Shown here piece by piece: positions 26,455-32,000 of a DNA stretch of 32,000 bases. The notes beneath the pieces were generated by a model that was not told where the DNA came from, did not search any database, and saw only the letters and a list, made by a program, of their open reading frames with translations. The stretch is from Eikenella exigua. Its GTDB lineage: Bacteria > Pseudomonadota > Gammaproteobacteria > Burkholderiales > Neisseriaceae. Both the position numbers and the translations under genes were made by a program. The stretch spans positions 1,682,564-1,714,563 of the forward strand of contig NZ_CP038018.1 in NCBI RefSeq assembly GCF_008805035.1, in the 5' to 3' direction. Within the stretch, counting starts at the first letter, position 1. Each line of letters starts with the position of its first letter.

Positions 26455-27120
26455 ATGAAAAATTTACGTTTACTTGCTTGTATTACAGCGCTAGCCACTC
26501 TATGTGCTTGCGGACAAGACCCCAAACCTGCTGAGCCACAAGCGCAGGCATCTGCCGCCAGCACCATAGTCATGCCCCAAACCGCATCTGATGCATCTAA
26601 TTCCTCAGCACCTGCTACCGAGCAGGCCTCTGCTGTTGCATCAGCATCATCTGCCCTTTCCGCCCAGGGCAACAGCCTTTCTTCCCAAGGCAGCAACCTG
26701 TCTGCACAAGGCAGCGGTTTGAGCGCTACCGAAACAGGGTTTAATATCGAAATCAATTTGTCGTCGGATGTGCTGTTTGATTTCGACAAAGCCGAACTCA
26801 AACCCGAAGCTGATGCCGATCTGCAAAAAGCTGCCGACATCATCCGCCAAAAAGGCCAAGGGGTAATCCTGATTACCGGCCATACCGACAGCAAAGGCTC
26901 TGATGCCTACAACCAACGCTTGTCTTTGGCTCGTGCACAGGCAGTAAAAAACTGGTTTGAAGCAAAAGGCCTGCAGCAGAATTATCAGCTTGAAGGCCTC
27001 GGCGCCACACGCCCCATTGCGCCCAACACCCACCCCGACGGCAGCGACAATCCGGAAGGCCGCGCCCAAAACCGCCGTGTGGAGATTATTGTTAATAAAA
27101 CCACGCAACTAGGGAATTAA
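26455..27120 (+). CDS. OmpA_C-domain (peptidoglycan-binding) lipoprotein
   Basis: MKNLRLLACITALATLCAC|G lipobox, an Ala/Ser-rich linker with LS(A/S)QG(N/S)x heptad repeats, and the OmpA_C motifs [35 protein letters not shown] and NRRVEI. An AGAGGTG SD lies upstream. Confidence 0.85.
   Translation: MKNLRLLACITALATLCACGQDPKPAEPQAQASAASTIVMPQTASDASNSSAPATEQASAVASASSALSAQGNSLSSQGSNLSAQGSGLSATETGFNIEINLSSDVLFDFDKAELKPEADADLQKAADIIRQKGQGVILITGHTDSKGSDAYNQRLSLARAQAVKNWFEAKGLQQNYQLEGLGATRPIAPNTHPDGSDNPEGRAQNRRVEIIVNKTTQLGN
26656..26727 (+). repeat. Imperfect 21-bp (heptad) tandem repeat x3.4 in the lipoprotein linker
   Basis: The units CTTTCCGCCCAGGGCAACAGC / CTTTCTTCCCAAGGCAGCAAC / CTGTCTGCACAAGGCAGCGGT / TTGAGCGCT encode LSAQGNS LSSQGSN LSAQGSG LSA. 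Confidence 0.75.
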
Positions 27121-27148
27121 GTTTCTTCCCCTTGCTTTAAGCAATAAG

Positions 27149-27187
27149 AGGCCGTCTGAACACAGCAAAATCTGTTTCAGACGGCCT
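27149..27187. terminator. Neisseria AG-DUS inverted pair hairpin; bidirectional terminator between convergent genes
   Basis: AGGCCGTCTGAA-cacagcaaaatctgt-TTCAGACGGCCT followed by TTTTTG. It lies between the OmpA_C lipoprotein (+) and the bPH2-like gene (-). Confidence 0.75.
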
Positions 27188-27204
27188 TTTTGCAGCCTGC
27201 ATTA

Positions 27205-27810
27205 TTAAGGCTTATATCGGGTGCGGTAGCCCGGATTTTCTTCGGGGCGCAATTGGTTGGGGAATTGGCGGTCTGTGGTGATGTCCACCGCGGTTTGCTG
27301 AATCAGCTTATACACTTCGTAGGGATTTTCCACATAACGCAGCGCGTTTCTGCCACCGAAGCGGATGGTGCCCCGTTTGAACATGGCTTCCAACACGCCC
27401 ACATACACCCGCAAATTCTGCACTTCAGGCAGTTCGGCACTGGCAATATCCAGCCCGATCACTCCCGACGTGAAATATAGGCGTTTATCGGTGAGCGCGT
27501 AATCCATGCGGTACCAGTTGAAAAAGCGATAAACCGGCGAAAAGATGGCGTACCACACCGGAGCCAGATGAAAAAGCATGAAGAAATTCACATAGGGGAA
27601 CACACCATGCGATGCTGCATTAAACTTGCCGATAAAAAACAAGTCGAACAAGCCCCAGCACAGGGCGAACGGATAAATCAGCGGATTGCCCAATACGTAT
27701 AAAAAACGGTGCGGATTGCCCTGCCATAAGATGTTTTCGTTCGGATCGGTGAAGCGTTGAAGCATATTCCCTCTTGACGGGTGATGGAGCATAGGTATTG
27801 TATCACTCAA
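27205..27810 (-). CDS. Membrane protein with bacterial PH (bPH2/YdbS-like, DUF304) domain
   Basis: Two adjacent TM helices (FLYVLGNPLIYPFALCWGLFDLFFI, FFMLFHLAPVWYAIFSPVY) are followed by YALTDKRLYFTSGVIGLDIASAELPEVQNLRVYVGVLEAMFKRGTIRF, a pattern typical of YdbS-type proteins from memory. The start could be an internal Met. Confidence 0.55.
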   Translation of the reverse strand: MSDTIPMLHHPSRGNMLQRFTDPNENILWQGNPHRFLYVLGNPLIYPFALCWGLFDLFFIGKFNAASHGVFPYVNFFMLFHLAPVWYAIFSPVYRFFNWYRMDYALTDKRLYFTSGVIGLDIASAELPEVQNLRVYVGVLEAMFKRGTIRFGGRNALRYVENPYEVYKLIQQTAVDITTDRQFPNQLRPEENPGYRTRYKP

Positions 27811-27906
27811 TCCATATCTTCAATTTCATACTATCTCACATGGCCTCACCAAAACTTCCACCCGCATACAGAGGCCGGCCTCATTTAATCTTATTAACAT
27901 CCACTC

Positions 27907-27942
27907 TTTCAGACGGCCTCAAGCCTCCACAGGCTACCTGAA
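27907..27942. repeat. Right copy of the direct repeat flanking the inserted segment (contains TTCAGACGGCCT and AGGCTACCTGAA)
   Basis: See 24788-24824. In addition, CTTTCAGACGGCCTCA (27906-27921) is the exact reverse complement of TGAGGCCGTCTGAAAG (24683-24698). Confidence 0.65.
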
Positions 27943-28142
27943 AACAGAATTTCAATGCCATCCAAATATGAAACGGCAACGAAATGCCAAAACAGCCGCA
28001 TAGCCATTCCGACAAATCCGGTTCGCAGGTACAATCCATGTGCTGCGCATCCCATCCAAATACAGCCCAAACTTCAGCTTGGTGGAAACTTGCCGCGCTT
28101 TGTTTTCAGGTAGCCTCCAACCCATATCAAAGGAACCCCATC

Positions 28143-28871
28143 ATGACCCAAACCATCCTCATCACCGGCTCCACCCGCGGCATCGGCCGTGCGGCGGCTT
28201 TGGCCTTGGCACAAGACGGCTTCGACATTGTGGTACACGGCCACAGCCGCATGGCGGATGCCGAGGCGGTGGCGGAACAAATCCGCGCGCTGGGGCGGCA
28301 AGCGCGGGTGTTGCAGTTTGACGTGGCCGACCGCGCCGAATGCCGCCGCGTGCTGGAAGCGGATATTGAAGAGCATGGCGCGTATTACGGCGTGGTGCTG
28401 AATGCGGGGCTGACGCGCGACAATGCCTTCCCCGCGCTGGAAGACGAGGATTGGGACCGCGTATTGCGCACCAATCTGGACGGCTTCTACAACGTGCTGC
28501 ACCCGCTCATCATGCCGATGATCCGCCGCCGCGCGCCGGGGCGGATTGTGTGCATGGCCTCCGTGTCCGGCCTGATAGGCAACCGCGGGCAGGTGAACTA
28601 CAGTGCGTCGAAGGCGGGGCTGATTGGCGCGGCTAAGGCTTTGGCTGTGGAGCTGGCCAAACGCAAGATTACGGTCAACTGCGTTGCCCCCGGCCTGATT
28701 GATACGGAAATTTTGGATGAAAACGTGCCGGTGGAAGAAATTTTGAAAGCCATTCCGGCACAGCGCATGGGGCTGCCTGAAGAAGTGGCGCATGCCGTGC
28801 GCTTTTTAATGAGCGAACACGCCGCCTATATCACGCGGCAGGTGATTGCGGTAAACGGAGGATTGTGTTGA
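28143..28871 (+). CDS. 3-oxoacyl-ACP reductase, SDR family (FabG2/ApeQ-like)
   Basis: MTQTILITGSTRGIGRAAALALA (TGxxxGIG), NAGL, and the catalytic S...YSASK. The protein is 242 aa. The stop overlaps the next start (TGATG). Confidence 0.9.
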   Translation: MTQTILITGSTRGIGRAAALALAQDGFDIVVHGHSRMADAEAVAEQIRALGRQARVLQFDVADRAECRRVLEADIEEHGAYYGVVLNAGLTRDNAFPALEDEDWDRVLRTNLDGFYNVLHPLIMPMIRRRAPGRIVCMASVSGLIGNRGQVNYSASKAGLIGAAKALAVELAKRKITVNCVAPGLIDTEILDENVPVEEILKAIPAQRMGLPEEVAHAVRFLMSEHAAYITRQVIAVNGGLC

Positions 28872-30094
28872 TGAAAACAAAACGGGTGGTGATTACCGGC
28901 GTGGGCGCGGTGTGCGCTTTCGGCCGCGAGTGGCACGAAATCGAAGCCGCTTTCCGCGCAGGCAAAAACGCCGTGCGCCGCATGGAAGCGTGGGATGCCT
29001 TCCCCGAAATGGAAACCCGCCTCGGCGCGCCGCTGCCCGCCTATGCGCCGCCCGCACATTGGACGCGCAAACAGCTGCGCAGCATGGGTCCGCTGGCGCA
29101 ATACTGCACCGATGCCGCCGAACAAGCACTAAAGCAGGCAGGTTTGCTCGACGCCCCCCTCATCCGCAGCGGCAGCATGGGCGTGGCCGCCGGTTCTTCC
29201 AGCGGCAGTACTGCCGACGTGCTCGACATCGGCCTGCTGCTCGCACACCAGCCCAACAATTTCAACGCCAACACCTATGTGCGCATGATGCCGCACACCA
29301 CCGCCGCCAACGTGGCCATCTTCTTCGGTCTCACCGGCCGCCTGATTCCCACCTCCAGCGCCTGCACCTCCGGCAGCCAAGGCATAGGCTATGCCTACGA
29401 AGCCATCAAATACGGCAAAATCCCCATGATGCTGGCCGGCGGTGCCGACCAGCTCTGCCCATCCGAAGCATACGTGTTCGACAGCCTCTACGCCGCCAGC
29501 CGCCGCAACGGTGAACCCGAACTCACCCCCCGCCCCTACGACAACGCACGCGACGGCCTCGTGCTCGGCGAGGGCGGCTGCATGATGGTGCTGGAAGAAT
29601 TGGAACACGCACAGGCACGCGGCGCGCACATCATCGCCGAAATCGTCGGCTACGGCGCCAACTGCGACGGCAGCCACATCACCCGCCCCGAGATGCGTAC
29701 CATGCAACGTTGCATGGAGCTTGCCCTCGAAGATGCCGCCCTACCGCCCTCCGCCGTTGGCTATGTCAGCGGCCACGGCACGGCCACCGAACAGGGCGAC
29801 ATTGCCGAAACCCAAGCCACCGCCGCCGTGTTCGGCCACGTCCCGATCAGCTCGCAAAAAAGCTACCTCGGCCACACCCTCGGCGCCTGCGGCTCACTCG
29901 AATCCTGGTTTGCCATCGAAATGATGCGCAGCGGCTGGTTCGCCCCCACCCTGAATCTGAACGACATCGACCCCCGCTGCGGCGAAGCCGACTACCTCAC
30001 CGGCTCCGGCCGCCGCATCGACACCGAATACGTGATGAACAATAACTTCGCCTTCGGCGGCGTGAATACGTCGCTGATCTTTAAGCGTTGGTAG
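28871..30094 (+). CDS. Beta-ketoacyl-ACP synthase (FabF-like; ApeR-like)
   Basis: RVVITGVGAV, active-site SSACTSGSQGIG, DGSHITRP, SGHGTATEQGD and FAFGGVNTSLIF. It is translationally coupled to the reductase gene. Confidence 0.88.
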   Translation: MKTKRVVITGVGAVCAFGREWHEIEAAFRAGKNAVRRMEAWDAFPEMETRLGAPLPAYAPPAHWTRKQLRSMGPLAQYCTDAAEQALKQAGLLDAPLIRSGSMGVAAGSSSGSTADVLDIGLLLAHQPNNFNANTYVRMMPHTTAANVAIFFGLTGRLIPTSSACTSGSQGIGYAYEAIKYGKIPMMLAGGADQLCPSEAYVFDSLYAASRRNGEPELTPRPYDNARDGLVLGEGGCMMVLEELEHAQARGAHIIAEIVGYGANCDGSHITRPEMRTMQRCMELALEDAALPPSAVGYVSGHGTATEQGDIAETQATAAVFGHVPISSQKSYLGHTLGACGSLESWFAIEMMRSGWFAPTLNLNDIDPRCGEADYLTGSGRRIDTEYVMNNNFAFGGVNTSLIFKRW

Positions 30095-30112
30095 CACGGT
30101 ATTTGAGTCAAG

Positions 30113-30159
30113 AGGCTACCTGAAACGATTGTGCCTGAGCAGCTGTTTTCAGGTAGCTT
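30113..30159 (+). terminator. DUS-pair hairpin after the second KS gene (right arm GTAGCT variant)
   Basis: AGGCTACCTGAAACGATTGTGCCTGAGCAGCTGTTTTCAGGTAGCT. Confidence 0.5.
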
Positions 30160-30305
30160 TCCCCGCACAAGCCCTAATTTCCGTAAAACCCTGCCAACAA
30201 AGTCCCACCGGGGTAAGGATAGGTTAATCAGATGGCGCAAACAGCGACAGTTTCCTAGAATAGCCGCATTTCCCAACAGCTGCCGGAAAGGGCAGGCAGA
30301 GCAAA

Positions 30306-31469
30306 ATGAAAAAACCATTGAAATGGACGTTGTGGGCAGTGGCTGCGCTGACCATGGGTGCGGCTGGTTATGCCTTTTTGAATCCAAGCAAGCCACCAAC
30401 CACCTATCTCACCGAAGAAGTGAAACGTGCCGACGTGCGCCAAACCGTATCCGCCACCGGCGAAATCTCTGCTGCGCAGCTGGTAGACGTGGGCGCCCAG
30501 GCTTCCGGCCAAATCAAGCACTTGTATGTGAAGCTCGGGCAGCATGTGGAAAAAGGCGACCTCATCGCCGAAATAGACTCCACCACCCAGCTCAACACAC
30601 TGAACACAAACAAGGCCAAGCTGGAAACCTATCAGGCACAGCTCGTATCTGCACGGGTGGCACTGCAAAACGCCGAGCGCAAATACCGCCGCGAGCAGGC
30701 CTTGTGGGCGGAAAATGCCACTTCCAAAGAAGAGCTGGAAAGCGCGCAGGGCTCGTATGCCGCCGCCAAGGCGCAGGTGGGCGAGCTGCAATCTTCTATC
30801 CGCCAAACCCGCATTGCCATCAACACGGCCGAAGCTGATTTGGGCTACACCCGCATCACCGCGCCGATTTCCGGCACGATGGTTTCAGTGAAAGTGGAAG
30901 AAGGGCAAACCGTGAATGCGGCGCAGAGCACACCCGCCATCGGCCAAGTGGCCGATTTGAGCCGCATGCTGAATAAAATGCAGATTGCCGAGGGCGACGT
31001 AACCCGCGTGAAAGCCGGCCAAACCCTGCTGTTCACCACCCTGGCCGACCCCAATAGCGAACGGGAATCCAAGTTGGAGAGCATTGATCCGGGCTTGACT
31101 ACCATGTCGCAAGGCAGCTACACCACTAGCACCGACACTACCAACACCGCCATCTACTACTACGCCCGCGCCCTCGTACCGAACGAAGACGGCAAGCTTG
31201 CCATCGGCATGACCACGCAAAACAACATTGTGATCGGTGAAGCCAAAAACGTGCTCACCGTTCCTGCCACCGCCGTGAAGCAGCGCGGCAGCGAGCGCTA
31301 TGTGCGCGTGCTGAAAGCGGAAAATCAGGTGGAAGAACGCACCATTACCGTGGGCATCAGCGATGGCACACTCACCGAAGTGAAATCGGGCGTGACAGAG
31401 GGTGAGAAAGTGATCGTGTCGGAGAGCGATGGCACGGTGAAAGAGTGGCAGGGTGGTCCGCCGATGTAA
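30306..31469 (+). CDS. macA: Macrolide-type efflux periplasmic adaptor (HlyD/MFP family) MacA
   Basis: N-terminal anchor, TYLTEEVKRADVRQTVSATGEI, a coiled-coil segment, and LGYTRITAPISGTMVSVKVEEGQTVNA. It lies directly upstream of a macB-type ABC gene. Confidence 0.82.
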   Translation: MKKPLKWTLWAVAALTMGAAGYAFLNPSKPPTTYLTEEVKRADVRQTVSATGEISAAQLVDVGAQASGQIKHLYVKLGQHVEKGDLIAEIDSTTQLNTLNTNKAKLETYQAQLVSARVALQNAERKYRREQALWAENATSKEELESAQGSYAAAKAQVGELQSSIRQTRIAINTAEADLGYTRITAPISGTMVSVKVEEGQTVNAAQSTPAIGQVADLSRMLNKMQIAEGDVTRVKAGQTLLFTTLADPNSERESKLESIDPGLTTMSQGSYTTSTDTTNTAIYYYARALVPNEDGKLAIGMTTQNNIVIGEAKNVLTVPATAVKQRGSERYVRVLKAENQVEERTITVGISDGTLTEVKSGVTEGEKVIVSESDGTVKEWQGGPPM

Positions 31470-31539
31470 TAAGAGGTGTCGGACAGCAGATGTGCCTGCA
31501 GACTACCCGACACTTTCACCGTACTCCTGTCTTAAGTTA

Positions 31540-31645
31540 AGGCTACCTGAAACCCTCAACCCAAGCCGTATAGACAATTTAGCTTCGCAGCAACTCCGCG
31601 GCGCTCTGTTTCAGCTTCGTTGAAGTTATGCTTTCAGGTGGCTCC
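31540..31645. repeat. DUS-bounded repeat element, copy 3 (opposite orientation; distal DUS degenerate, TTTCAGGTGGCT)
   Basis: It occupies the macA-macB intergenic gap. Its reverse complement aligns with copies 1 and 2 (CCTGAAAGCATAACTTCAACGAAGCTGAAACAGAGCG...CTGCGAAGCTAAA). Confidence 0.45.
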
Positions 31646-31669
31646 TGCCACAACAAAATCCGTACGCAT

Positions 31670-32000
31670 ATGAACCTAATCGAATGCCGTAATATCAATC
31701 GCTATTTTGGTGAAGGCGCCAACCGCGTTCATGTTTTAAAAGACATCAACCTCACCATCCAAAAAGGCGATTTCATCGCCATCATTGGCCAATCTGGCTC
31801 CGGTAAATCCACGCTGATGAACATCCTTGGCTGCCTCGACAGCGCCTCTTCCGGTTCGTATCAAATCAATGGTGTGGAAACCGCACAGATGAGCGGTGAC
31901 GAGCTGGCCGCACTGCGCCGGCGCAAATTCGGCTTCATCTTCCAGCGCTACAACCTCTTGGGCGCATTGAGCGCGCGCGAAAACGTGGCCCTGCCCTCCG
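31670..32000 (+). CDS. macB: Macrolide export ABC transporter ATP-binding/permease MacB, N-terminal part (3' end outside the window)
   Basis: MNLIECRNINRYFGEGANRVHVLKDINLTIQKGDFIAIIGQSGSGKSTLMNILGCLD carries the Walker A motif and is typical of the MacB N-terminus. The frame is open to the window end. Confidence 0.88.
   Translation, partial: MNLIECRNINRYFGEGANRVHVLKDINLTIQKGDFIAIIGQSGSGKSTLMNILGCLDSASSGSYQINGVETAQMSGDELAALRRRKFGFIFQRYNLLGALSARENVALPS

Noticed and set aside
25818-26894. 358-aa minus-strand ORF spanning both lipoprotein genes
   Set aside because: It is antisense to two genes that have lipoboxes, SD sequences and an OmpA_C domain. It also crosses their intergenic spacer and has no recognisable domain or start context.
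24671-27942. Classifying the inserted segment as an IS element, transposon or prophage remnant
   Set aside because: There is no transposase, integrase, recombinase or phage gene. The terminal repeats are DUS-containing sequences rather than IS-type inverted repeats. I therefore kept it as an accessory insertion of unknown mechanism.
30131-30838. 235-aa ORF overlapping the start of macA
   Set aside because: It is out of frame with macA and has a highly basic Arg-rich translation. It begins inside the DUS terminator, so it is spurious.

Overview
This is a chromosomal segment from a member of the Neisseriaceae, most likely Eikenella (E. corrodens-like). The 12-mer AGGCTACCTGAA, which I recall as the AG-eikDUS dialect of the DNA uptake sequence, occurs about 41 times by hand count (exact 11-mer core, both strands). 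Most copies form inverted pairs that double as rho-independent terminators after genes. Most of the window is housekeeping. On the + strand: a PolB-exo-like 3'-5' exonuclease (partial), galU, a PiT phosphate transporter, mtgA, a universal stress protein, pilU, pdxH, pepD, cycA, macA and macB (partial). On the - strand: secB, dacB (PBP4 family), rmpM-like OmpA protein, hrpA and an LpxL-family acyltransferase. Two genes are clearly decayed. One is a CysB-like LysR regulator with frameshifts, stops and an internal deletion. The other is a hemA (glutamyl-tRNA reductase) remnant of about 100 codons. The accessory part is 22.3-30.2 kb. It holds a very GC-rich five-gene type II FAS/PKS module resembling the distal end of aryl-polyene (ape) clusters: DUF3261-like lipoprotein, KS, hotdog dehydratase, then FabG-type KR and a second KS. 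This module is split between DH and KR by about 3.47 kb of unrelated DNA. The intervening DNA is bounded by about 37-bp direct repeats and perfect 16-bp inverted repeats, and it carries Neisseria-dialect DUS (AGGCCGTCTGAA) instead of or beside the host dialect. It encodes a cytoplasmic LRR protein, a two-gene lipoprotein operon (Pro-rich lipoprotein plus OmpA_C lipoprotein) and a convergent bPH2-like membrane protein. This is my best candidate for an undescribed envelope-associated module. hrpA is intact but about 300 codons longer than E. coli HrpA, owing to in-frame insertions assembled from palindromic repeats and foreign-dialect DUS. I recognised no rRNA, tRNA, CRISPR array, transposase or integrase. 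All homology calls come from motif recognition and memory, not database searches.
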